Assembly: GCA_002633005.1 (NCBI GenBank)
Contig: NMRA01000245.1
Coordinates: 496,001 to 560,000, forward strand
Reading direction: 5' to 3'
Length of the DNA: 64,000 bases
From: Phoronis australis
Taxonomy: Eukaryota > Animalia > Phoronida
Shown: positions 53,342 to 64,000 of the stretch, one piece after another
Layout: each line of letters opens with the position of its first letter
Numbering within the stretch: position 1 is the stretch's first letter
The notes under the pieces: generated by a model
What the model saw: the letters and a program-made list of their open reading frames with translations, nothing else
What the model was told of the DNA's origin: nothing
The model's database searches: none
Made by a program: the position numbers and the translations under genes

Positions 53342-53526
53342 ATGAGTGGGTCTTAAACGCAACAACAGTACACTGAAATCATCAGCAGAACAAAAGAATC
53401 ATCTACAGTTGATCAGAGAGTAGTCCTTGAATTAGACACCATTAGCAAAGTTTATCTAATAGATCTGTTTGATGGAAAAAACGTGACGATACTTAGAAAC
53501 CAAATTAAGCAGTAATGAATAAATAA
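53342..53526 (+). promoter_or_regulatory. Three short upstream ORFs in the GPCR 5' UTR (MSGS* 53342-53356, MEKT* 53472-53486, MNK* 53515-53526)
   Basis: Three ATG...stop mini-frames lie between the acceptor and the main ATG. The main ATG has a good context (GCGATGG). Confidence 0.5.
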
Positions 53527-53559
53527 TTCAATAAGCTAGCGACAGCCTGTGCCTTAGCG

Positions 53560-55251
53560 ATGGCAGAGAATAAGAGCGAATTTCTATTTATGGAGTGGAT
53601 GGTCTGGGATTTGAATGATTCGTTAACAGTTGACGTAACTGCTACAGGGCAGGACTACAACGGAGAAGTGTTGGATAGCCCAACACCATCGGGCTTTAAT
53701 AACACAATGGATGACAACAGGCTATACACACGTTATACAAACGTGGCATTTGGATTTGTATTGATTGCACTGGCGCTTTTGATACTGTGGACCATCTTTG
53801 GGAATATCATGGTGTGGTGCGCCCTCTATAGAGTGAATCATCTCAAAACGTTGTCTAACTACCTGATAGGAAACCTGGCACTCTGTGATTTTCTACTAGC
53901 TTTGACTGTACTGCCAATGTCAGCCGGAAACGACTTGTTAGGATGGTGGTGTTTTGGAGAAACAATGTGCCACGTTTGGTTGTCTATAGATGTGCTGTGT
54001 TGCACAGCTTCCATATGGAGTCTGTTGATTATTTCAGTCGATCGACTGACAGCCACAATTTACCCAATATGGTATAGAGATCAACATAAGAAGAAACGCG
54101 CTGCTTTATACATCGCACTTGTCTGGGTGTTCTCCATTTTGGTATCCGTTCCGCCATTTTTCGGATGGGGTGATACAATCAGTATGGCGTATTCAGAAGG
54201 CAATAGCACACACAATCCTCAGTGCATTCTATTTGAAAATGAGAGCTATGTGATTTACTCAGCGTCAGGATCTTTCGTGATACCTCTTGCAGCTATGGGA
54301 TTGATCTATGCTCGCATATTCATGGAGATAAGGGAACGCATGGCTGTGCGGCATGAGAAAAAAATGAGATATTGCCGGAAGCACAGCAGTGCAACAAGTA
54401 CTGGTTCACCAGAGGACAGTGAGGCTGTTGATCTAGAGGGGGTGACCACACTAGATGAGTCGAGCTGCTATATTAGTGTTCCCCAAGGCAGTTCTGATGT
54501 TTCCTCTAACTTTGAATACTCAATTGTGGATGACACGTCTACTGCCAATAATTCTTCATTGGCAAACTTAAAACCAGCTTTAAAATCACCAGATGTCACA
54601 AAACAGAGTAATGGTGTTGCTAAACCAGCAAGTGTTGATTTGCCAAACATCACCTACACGCTATCGAAGTCGCGAACAGCAGAGACAGAAGAGCAAGATT
54701 GTCAACCAGATTCCAATTTACTGCGAGTTTCCTCACAAGTTGGTGATTCGTCCTTGAGTATCAACTCCAATGACTCTGGTAATGAGTCATGTCAACAAAT
54801 AAAGTCACTTAAGCCCGACAGACACGTAAGCATAGATGAAAACGTGAACATCAAACCGTTGCCATACAAAAAAATATCCAACAGCAAACTGAAGTGTCCA
54901 AAAAAACGGGATAGTTCGATAACATTCCCCGACAGGATAGAAAAGGTGAAACGAAACATGGAAGAAAAAGCAAGACGACGGTTTGATAGACGAGAGGAGC
55001 GGGCGACGAAAATTATGGCTACCATAATGGCCTGTTTCATTGTTTGCTGGCTTCCATTCTTTATCATGTATATTATACGCGCGTTCTGCAAGAAGTGTTA
55101 TATACAGGGAGACCTACTGACATTCATCATATGGCTAGGATATGCAAACTCCGGCCTCAACCCGATTCTGTATACAATATTCAACGAGGACTTTCGAACT
55201 GCATTCAGGAACTTACTGTGTCCATCTCTGAGAAAGAGCACGAGAAGATGA
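53560..55251 (+). CDS. Class A (rhodopsin-like) biogenic amine GPCR, tyramine-1/alpha-octopamine/alpha2-adrenergic-like; intronless CDS, 563 aa
   Basis: Seven hydrophobic segments. Motifs: GN (TM1), LALCD (D2.50), C3.25 plus ECL2 Cys, WLSIDVLCCTASI (D144 = D3.32), DRL, W4.50, YVIYSASGSFVIP (S234 = 5.42, S238 = 5.46), CWLPFFIMY, WLGYANSGLNPILYTIFNEDFRTAF. Also N-terminal N-glycosylation sequons, a long Ser-rich ICL3 and a short C-tail with Cys. Confidence 0.96.
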   Translation: MAENKSEFLFMEWMVWDLNDSLTVDVTATGQDYNGEVLDSPTPSGFNNTMDDNRLYTRYTNVAFGFVLIALALLILWTIFGNIMVWCALYRVNHLKTLSNYLIGNLALCDFLLALTVLPMSAGNDLLGWWCFGETMCHVWLSIDVLCCTASIWSLLIISVDRLTATIYPIWYRDQHKKKRAALYIALVWVFSILVSVPPFFGWGDTISMAYSEGNSTHNPQCILFENESYVIYSASGSFVIPLAAMGLIYARIFMEIRERMAVRHEKKMRYCRKHSSATSTGSPEDSEAVDLEGVTTLDESSCYISVPQGSSDVSSNFEYSIVDDTSTANNSSLANLKPALKSPDVTKQSNGVAKPASVDLPNITYTLSKSRTAETEEQDCQPDSNLLRVSSQVGDSSLSINSNDSGNESCQQIKSLKPDRHVSIDENVNIKPLPYKKISNSKLKCPKKRDSSITFPDRIEKVKRNMEEKARRRFDRREERATKIMATIMACFIVCWLPFFIMYIIRAFCKKCYIQGDLLTFIIWLGYANSGLNPILYTIFNEDFRTAFRNLLCPSLRKSTRR

Positions 55252-55319
55252 GGTTATTGTATTATCTTCACTTAAAGTAAACTGCTCTGAATGCTAGTAT
55301 AATCATAAAACTGTTATGT

Positions 55320-55325
55320 AATAAA
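55320..55325 (+). terminator. Candidate polyadenylation signal of the GPCR
   Basis: First AATAAA after the stop codon, ~70 nt downstream. Later signals could be used instead. Confidence 0.35.
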
Positions 55326-55788
55326 ACACAATCAAAAGGTCTTAGACATGCTTCAGTGCTTTTTAAGCTTCAAAGGGAATACGTAATTCTCCACTTGTTT
55401 CGCATAAAAATAATTGCGAAAATTATCATTTTTTATTTGTTAATACTGGCCATATTGCATGCTAAATAAGAAAAAAGCTGCCATAAGTATGTTTACTAAA
55501 TTTTCATACATTCTTCTCAAAACATCGGAGTCGTCATCAATTGTTTTTGCCACCAAAACAACTGACAAAAAACGGACCCTAGGGCATTCATTCAGATGCA
55601 AACATTATTAGTCACTGTCAGAGGTACCCGACCTAGTACCTAAATGTTGAGAAAATGTCAATACGTAAGCCCCATTCTACGTTATCCAAATATTTCCGAC
55701 TTTTACGATCGGCAACAAGATTTAGAATGACAGGAACAGGAAGGTAAAAAGTTTAAAACCAAATGTTATGTTCTTTGTACCACAACCG

Positions 55789-56195
55789 GGGTATTTTCCA
55801 CTTTGAGTCGCCATTTTTTGAATGGAGTGACACAACCAGAAAGGCGTATTCAGATGGCAGTAACACAAAGAATCCTCAGTGCATTCTGTTTGAAAATGAG
55901 AGCATTGTCTTTTACTCAGCGTCATTTGTGATACCTCTCACAACTATGGGTTTATCCATGCTTGTATTAGAAATGGAGACATTAGGAGGGCATGGCTTCA
56001 CGATGCTAGTATGCACTAAAATGCTCTTATTCTCTATTTCTTGGTAATAATTTGACAAAATAGAATTTCACTTATCGGCCACGTTGCGTGACATACAAGG
56101 CAAGAATTACCATAAGTATGTTTACTCAATTTTCAAGCATTCCGGTCAAAACATTCACAATCGACATCCGATTGTTTTAGTCATCAAAACAACCA
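55789..56195 (+). pseudogene. Decayed, internally deleted tandem duplicate of the GPCR gene (TM4-ECL2-TM5 plus 3'-flank segment)
   Basis: 55789-55997 aligns with ~54125-54345 (PFFEWSDT..AYSDG..TKNPQCILFENESIVFYSAS--FVIPLTTMGL) with indels. ~56075-56195 aligns with ~55445-55562 (CCATAAGTATGTTTACT(A/C)AATTTTCA). Confidence 0.9.
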
Positions 56196-59100
56196 CATTT
56201 CTGTGCCGTCAACATGTTTACACAAAGTGGTCAAGTTAAATGCACATACAGTTTAATGATAAATTAATCATAATTAATTGCCAATACCTGACCAATGGTT
56301 ACAAAAAGCATTAAATGGCCGGTAACGAGAAGTAACAGAAAACTGTAATTACAAGTGCTTCTATGTCATCCTAGCAGCCCGAGTGCGGCCGGCTTATTAC
56401 AACTGGTTGACGTCACAAAATAATAAACCCATTCTCAGAAACATACCGAGCCATCACCATTTGTATACAAGAAAATGTGGAGGAGAAAATAATGAAGTGT
56501 TTTGTCGAGCCGCAAGTTTACGAACTTTTGATATTTATTTACCATTGACCTTATACCGCATTTCATTATACTTATAACTGACCTTATAACGCACCTCAAA
56601 ACCATCTCAGTTTGTGTAGCCTTTATCAACTAAGTATTCACTACTGTAAATCAGCACAACCGGCAAAATAATTCTATAACACCCAAACAAAGCTCAGCAC
56701 ATTTTTATAATGCTTCAGCCAAACTATCCAGTCATTTTCTACAAAAAGCCACAAAATTACAATATACAAAATACCAACTTTTGACAGCCTGTCACCTTAA
56801 AGCTATGGTTTCGCTTTTCTAGAAATCTTAAAAAGCCATGCCCAGCAGTTCCGATACATGATAACACAGTGTTCACCAAACACTGTCTTCAGATAATATC
56901 TAAGCTTCAAGTTTATAGAACACTAACTACTCAACTTCTCAGATGAACCTGTGCATTTCGTTCCTGTTTGAGGTCATGGTTCCCACCTGAAATGAGCCAG
57001 CAGGACAAGCCGACTTGTGGAGCCTGAATCTCAACTGTTTATTTTTCAAGCCCAGTGCAAACTTATAATTTTCACTATGGAACAATTTGAGACAAATTTG
57101 ATAACGGAAAGTTAGGTCTCAATCAAATGTTTGTTTCTGTGACGGCCATAGCCAAACTACAGTCGCTCTAATGCTATACAAAAAGTAAACAAGAAAATGG
57201 TTCAAAACACCTATTTGTTTTTCAGACTGAAACTGATGGACAGAAATGGTGATGTATTGCACGTATTCCCAACACTAGAGTGGGAGTTAAATTCACTCAA
57301 GGAAGTTCATAATCAGTAACAGGCAGAAGCTGCTCCAATACCTGAGTCACAGTCAAGCTGTGTCAACAGGCAATGCGTTTTGTTATCACCTCGGCCAGTT
57401 TCATTTTATAAAACTCAAAGATATAAAATGGATGCCATATTAAACTTACATGTGAATGTCTGACAATGGCCATAAATGTGGGAACGCAACAAGTCACTTA
57501 ACCATACAAGAAGCAAGGAATGGCCCAAGTACTCTGTGTGACTGGGCTCCCTTGCCCTATCGAATATCTACAAAATTTGGGAAAATGAGGACCTGCCTGT
57601 GGGTGTTTGCTGTTTGTGTGCTTGCACACCTGGGGTGCAAGTGTGTGTGTGTGTGACTTCAAAAAACAGGAAATGATCAACTGCAGATGCTGTTGTATGC
57701 ACAACAGAAGATGGTGACAGTTTTGAATAAACGAATTACCACAGAGACCACTGGCTGTAATTTCAACCTAGTAACCAAAAAAAATGCCGACACAAAGATG
57801 TATTTTGCAAGAATAATTTCAATCTCAATCGTGTTCTCTGCAGACGTGATGTTGATCAGTCTACTCTTTTTAGTATGGAATAAAACACAGCGGATATAAT
57901 GGATTCAACTGAAGGGAAACAAAAATTACTCAGCCGCAAAAATTGTAAGCTTTAGGCTAGAATTCTTACTGGAACACACAAATGACACTTCAAAAGAGAA
58001 GAACAGTACTTCACGACACAGCATGGCGTACATTTCAAGTGGAATTTTATCTTGTCAAACTTCCCTATAAAAATATTTTTAAGATATTAGTATCTTGTTT
58101 ACATCATGTGAATATTTGTGGTTATGTAATGAATGTTTCAAAAATACAAAAATAGCACTTCTAGCAATTATTTTAATCCCAAATTGAAGAACTTTTACAG
58201 CAAGATGGGCAAACAGCCAGTTCATGGCACAGCATGCCAATTTCAAGCCATTTCGTTTTCAAGTAGCAGTTCAGAAAATTCTCAGCCATGGCACTCTTGA
58301 AATTATTTTGTTCAAGAAGTCCATCTAAAGTGTAGGCAGGGGCCCGGCTTGCTCGGCAAAAGTAGCCGGTTCAAGATCTCATCAGCAACACTGACCCCAC
58401 AAACAAAACATTAACTCAAAGCTAACACACGAGCCTGTTTCAACACAGACTGTTCTTTTCGGCTCCCGTTCTTTTCACCATCCCAACATCAAATCATGAG
58501 AACATCATTAATGCTCAGCTCCAATAACCTAACCAGCATGACTACCATCATATTTTACACCTAATGTTAGAAGTGAGCAGTGCAGGAAGCCTGAAGGTAG
58601 AGCCTCATGGTCTGGTTCATGAAAGTGACTTACGACAGAAACATGGTCTTACACCCAAATAACTTTTCACCGATTGTAGGTGTGTTGATTCCATCAGCCA
58701 TTACCAATAAATAGCTAATGTGTAAAGGATTGAAATTTTTAGTATTCAGAAATTCTATGCTGCCAAAATTCAATATCCATCACAGAAAACCTACAATTCA
58801 ACAGGAACAAATGTGATTCAGGCTGCATGAATTTCAATATTTTATGACTGTAAGCACATTTTTATTTATGGTCAGCAATTGCACTGCTCGTTCATAATCG
58901 CATACCATGATTATGTAACAGAAATTTTGTAAATTTTGTTTAAGAAAGAAAGCTGCAAACATATTTGCGTGTTTACATAATAGCAAGTGCAGATTTTTAA
59001 TTTACAAAAATATCATTCACTGAACAAAGGTCAAACTCAGTATTGTGAACAAGCAATAAAGCTAACATTGCGTTTCTGTTATTTTTCTGAAAATGAGAAG

Positions 59101-59865
59101 AATGAAAATGTGAATGAGCCCAACCGAATATTCCTCAACTTACTTTTAGTAATATGGAATGTCATTTTAATAATCCACTCTGGTTTATAGTAAAATAGTC
59201 AAAAAACACATAAAAACAGCTTAAAAGCAAATTTAAAAAATAACAGTGATCAGTCTGAGTGATAAAAACTGCATCAACAAGTCATCTGAATATCCCTCAA
59301 AATGCTTGTTTTTGGACGGAAGACAGTGCCACCTGCATGGGAATGCACTGATGAGCAGCTGTGACTAGATTCATAGCCATCTCTATCTACCTTATAGGAA
59401 GTTCAATAACAGTGGCTCTGGGCAAAATTAACTGTTCAGATACCATGATGCCGCTTTCTGAAGAATCAGTCGGAAGCTGATATCACCTAAATCAGCGTTA
59501 GCACTTGACTGTGTTAAGAAAGTCAGTCGACTTTTTCATATTAATGAAAGCAGAATAATTCAGCACATGAAAGAAGATTCAGAGAGAATAATTTCTAGAG
59601 ATAAACGTGGGATGACGCCAAAACACTTGGCTAGTAGATCCACATATTAGGCAAAACTATGTGAAATCATGTGCTAATGTTTTAAATGCCCAGTTAGGAA
59701 ATCAAATCACACTTAAGATGACTAGAATCTAATGAGAATGAACTCAGTACAAATAACTCGAGCGGAGACAATCATGTACGGCTGGAGCTGAGACAATCAT
59801 GTCCAGCAAAGGAAGGGTATCCACTTGTAAAACAGTGATTAAAACAATGAGTGATTTACAAGTTC

Positions 59866-60129
59866 CTCCAACGCTATCAACTTGTGACTTGACAACTAGG
59901 ATTCTACCTCAATACTATCAACTTGTGACATCACGGGCAGTGCAGCATTGACAAAAGTGGGGGGCTAAAGCCCCCCCCCAGCCCCGTTGCGGTGCACCAC
60001 CGATAGACCATGGGCGGCACAGCACCCACCCCCTAGACCCCTATGGTGTACCGCCCATGGACATGACAACTAGGATCCTACCTCCAATACCATCAACATG
60101 TGACATGACAACTAAGGTTCTCCCTTCAA
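59866..60129. repeat. ~42-bp minisatellite (3 copies) interrupted by a TIR element
   Basis: Unit CTCCAATACCATCAACATGTGACATGACAACTAGGATCCTAC; the middle copy is split by the insertion at 59932-60059. Confidence 0.85.
59932..60059. mobile_element. 128-bp GC-rich TIR element with perfect 5-bp TSD (GACAT)
   Basis: Left CACGGGCAGTGCAGCAT vs right reverse complement CATGGGCGGTACACCAT (13/17). GACAT at 59927-59931 and 60060-60064. An extra internal TIR copy CATGGGCGGCACAGCA starts at ~60009. Confidence 0.8.
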
Positions 60130-63100
60130 AAATCTGATCCTCTGTTTCAACAATGACTTCAACAACATGTCAATACCTGGGGTCTGTTTCTAGAAAAGTT
60201 TATGGGCTTTTATCTAAAAATCAGTCTAGAGATAGCTTAGCCTAGCTATGGCTGACAACCAGAGAGATTGTCAACAACTTGAAGACAAAAGACAGAATCC
60301 ACAGTCTCCACTACTAGGCAGAAGACGTTTTGAGAAATGCAAAAGACGAAAATCTACATGGGTTATTCGTGGTCAGAATTGAGATTTTTAGATTAAGTTA
60401 AAAAACAACAGCCAATAGTATCTTCAAAAAAAACAGGGCCCTGAGGTGATTACCGGTATATTATAATCACTAAATAATGATGTCAACCGAATGTCAATGC
60501 GAGAGGCAAATCTGGTGCTTTAGAAGGTATAATCGCTTAACTGACTAACTTCCCTCAGCGTCAGTGGATCACACCCAAAATAGGGAATAACAGAATCACG
60601 TAGGAAAAGAAAAAATTAAAAGCACGCTTCCTTATAATGAAACAATGTTTTGTTACAACCAAAGAAAAAATCCACATTTTCTAATGGATACTTTAGCAAT
60701 AAAATAAGCTTCAAGTGAAAAATGTTTTTAGCAGAAGAATTTAAGTGTGGTACAGTTTGGATTGCTCATTTTTTAAAATCTCTATTATGGAGATAGGTCT
60801 ACAGGAAACTCTGTCATAGTGGCAAACTCACAGACTTGGATCTGTGTAATGGTTTCACCCTGGGTTTCGTGTCAGTAGCATTTCAGTAAAAAACATCTCA
60901 ACAACATCACAAGACTCACCAGTTGTTAGTCAGAGACCATGAAAGAACGCCATGTTTTGGTTATTAATACAGAATTCCAAACATAACTGGCGGTTTCAAA
61001 GAGGCCTGCATATATATCACAAACTAACATAAATGTGGCCAGAGTGTACAATCTAGCACACATTAACAGACCATAGCAAATATCAAACAGGCCATTATGA
61101 CTTGGGTTTTGTTTAGAGAAGTGGCCAAAAGGTGTAAAAGTAGACAGTAATATGTTTGTTGATTAACAGAAAACAAGCAGGTTGTGGTAAATGAGATCTG
61201 GTCAACAAAGCCAAGGTGTTGAACAGAAATCACCGGGTCTGTCAGCCAGAGTTTATTAATACCTACATATTTTGTGCTATTAATTTTCGAATTCAACAAA
61301 AAGCATCAAAAATACGGAAACACAATCTATAATTGAAGAATTTGGAAATTTTAGCTGGTTTCGGACTGAAAATCAAATAAAATAGTTTGACATGGATGTT
61401 GAAACAGCAAATATTTTGCCGTCATACAAGAGATATATTTTGGAATTGAGTTATCAGAATTCTTGACATGTGACAGGTTACTGCAACCCTGTCTCTACCA
61501 CAAGGACAAAAACAAGATTTCGGAGAGTGGACTTTTTTAACTACAATACACCATTTACAAATTGGCTAAAACGCTAGCATCTTCTCCAGCACTTTCATTG
61601 GGAGAAAAAACACCACTCATGTGAATGGTTACAAATGTTACTTTTGCAACCATTTTGTTAGTATTTTGAGTTATCCCAAAACTACTAGCATTTTTGCTAG
61701 CACTTTTGTAGCCAGATTGCTCACATCAATAGGCAACATGCACAGAGGTAGGAGGCCTTTTTTATCGTCACGTTAATCAATTTATCGCAGAGTGAAAGTG
61801 TATCGAAATCAGAGCTTTCGCAAGCCTTTTAGTCAGCGAAACTGCTACCAATGTCACCACTCGTGTGAACCCAGTATCTGCTGGCTATTTTGGGTCACAT
61901 TACAGAATGATTTGAAAACACAAAGTGCGCTGAAACCCGTAGGATATTTTTAAACAGCATATAAGATCAATGACTGAAAATCACCACTGGGACAAACTGT
62001 CTTTATTTCACTGATTGCAACAACACAATTGTCAATGCAGCAACTACTCACTAGTGACCTGTTATTCTATTTCTTTTGATAGAGAGTAAAATGTCTGTGA
62101 CAAAATGTGATGATAAGTATGACAACTTGGCCATTTTAACCCCAGTTGATGACTCCGTGAGGATACTAAACATAAAAAATTCTTGTGGGAAATCAGGCTT
62201 CAGAAATTCTTAGTTCACTTATTTTGGAAAAAAGAATTGCCGAAAAATGTAATTTTCTGTTTTTCAAAGTCTTAGTACCCTTCTGTAAACTGAAACATTG
62301 CCAGTCATAGTATATCAGCTACAAAGTACAAATAAAGCATACAATGGAGTAAAATTTACGTGACCTTCAGCTTTTAAGAAATTTGGCAAAATCATTTTTC
62401 GCCACATTGTACACTGAATATCAGAGGTGAAAAATTCCCGTAGTTTCAGTTAAATCACAAAAAGGTCAAAAGTTTTGCTTCTTAATTGCGAATACATCCC
62501 ATAATCAAGTTTTTAGACATCGTGTTATTCTAACCATATGGCAAGTAATTTTCAAAAATGTTCCAAGCATGCACAGTACATCCTGCACTTTTATTTGAAT
62601 TTATGTCCAGCTGACTCTTCCCGTTTCACCAAAAGGCGGCGCTGATCAATTGATGATTTAAAAGGGAATTGGTGCATTTTATGCACAAATTCTGATTGAC
62701 AATCACCTCTGGCTGTAAGAACTATGGACAGCTGGAGATGATAAGACAGGCCTTAAGTAACATTAAGAAATGAGTACAAAAATTGTTTGGTATTGATCCC
62801 GGATAAGTTGCCATCTGATACGAAACAAACCATTTCGTAAAACCATAAAGTGATCGATTACAAAAATCTCGTAAACGAAGCAATCACATGCAAGTGACAT
62901 GGACACGGACCTAGACAACAACTAATATTAATCACAATAAAATGCTTTTCTTGTGATAAAAATATCTCAAACATTGTGAACAGCAGAACAAGTGTGCCCG
63001 TTTTGTCCCAAAGGGAGAGTTGAACAAGAAACGTACTTCAACGTCGAGTGCTGTACAGAAAAAAGTTTTCTGAAGATAATATTTAGATTAACAATGATTG

Positions 63101-64000
63101 TATTGCTCATGAATTAAAACAAAGCATGTAATAGTAGAGCAATGCTGATGAGTAAAGTCAAAAAAATCATGTGTACACATGATGTACAAATTGACAAGCG
63201 AGTATAAAAACTGCATCGACCGTTACATCAGAAATGGGAATTCAGTTCCAAAAAACAACAACAACTATGCTCTACACTTGAACAGAACATCAGCACAAAG
63301 GATGTTTGACGTTTTTGCATAGGCAGAAAAAAAATGTCAATGAAATAACTTGTTAAATAATCAAAAAAAATAATTATTAATAAGTAGGATAAGAAAAATT
63401 CTGGTCCCAAGTTAGAAAGTTTCACTTGTAGTGTGCGTAGTTAGCACAGATTTGAGGACTGATGCCTGACGGTAAGAGACGTACCTCTCCTCAAGCTTAG
63501 GAATCATGTGGATTTCTGATACTACCAAAGTCACAATCACTCACTAGGTCGAACCAAATGAGACCTTTGGACTGGTGATAAAAGCGAGATGAAATACAAG
63601 GAGACGTTGATGCAATAAAAAATTCTTAATCTCCGCAGTTGGAACCCTTATTAAGGTAGGAACTAGATAGAACTTGTCAGATCAGTAGTGCCTTTACAAG
63701 AAAAATGCAAGATGAAACAAATGTGTCCAGGAAACAGTACGACTACTGCTAGTATGCTTCACATCAAAAAATTAAATTGTGTGGAAAGTTTCCAAACAAC
63801 AACGCAATTTTAATTTTAGCAATCATGCCATCTGTTGACAAAACGTCATTTGTGTCTAGTGATTCCCTACATGATGTTGCTGTGACCAGAAATAATGATG
63901 AAAGCTGTCTATTAAAGCATGAAAAATCTTTAAATCATGAGGTCAACTTGCATCGACACAGAAAATTTTGTAAACAAAATGAATGTACTGTTGTTTTATA

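Noticed and set aside
53859-55280. Antisense/alternate-frame ORFs overlapping the GPCR (53859-54056, 54468-54653, 54792-55091, 55044-55280)
   Set aside because: Shadow frames of the real CDS.
55763-56047. 94-aa ORF as an independent functional gene
   Set aside because: Only its middle matches the receptor. Indels on both sides shift it out of the homologous frame, so it is treated as a pseudogene relic.
59932-60059. RAG/Transib-type element (CAC start, 5-bp TSD)
   Set aside because: The other terminus reads CATGGGC, there is no CACAGTG-like heptamer or nonamer, and no RAG1/Transib coding sequence in the window.

Overview
AT-rich, gene-poor, repeat-littered eukaryotic DNA. It is probably from a marine invertebrate; this is an inference from the repeat landscape and receptor type, and the taxon cannot be proven from the sequence. 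There is one assembly gap (7835-8581). The only confidently identifiable protein-coding gene is a class A biogenic-amine GPCR with an intronless CDS (53560-55251, +, 563 aa) of the tyramine/alpha-octopamine/alpha2-adrenergic-like grade. It has D3.32, S5.42/S5.46, F6.51/F6.52/Y6.55, a DRY-to-DRL variant and an unusual I7.39. It is preceded by a strong 5'-UTR splice acceptor and three tiny uORFs. It is followed by a decayed, internally deleted tandem duplicate of itself (TM4-ECL2-TM5 fused to 3'-flank sequence). The rest of the window contains (i) several non-autonomous CCGTA-terminus/TA-TSD (Tc2/pogo-like) elements, (ii) three small GC-rich TIR elements with 5-bp target duplications, one inserted in a minisatellite that preserves the empty site, (iii) other MITE and LINE relics, mini- and microsatellites and short perfect tandem duplications, and (iv) E-box-dense islands that may be enhancers. 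A possible 3' end of another gene lies at the left edge. Almost all other ORFs in the track look spurious. I found no CRISPR array, tRNA or rRNA, and no convincing wholly new multi-gene system.
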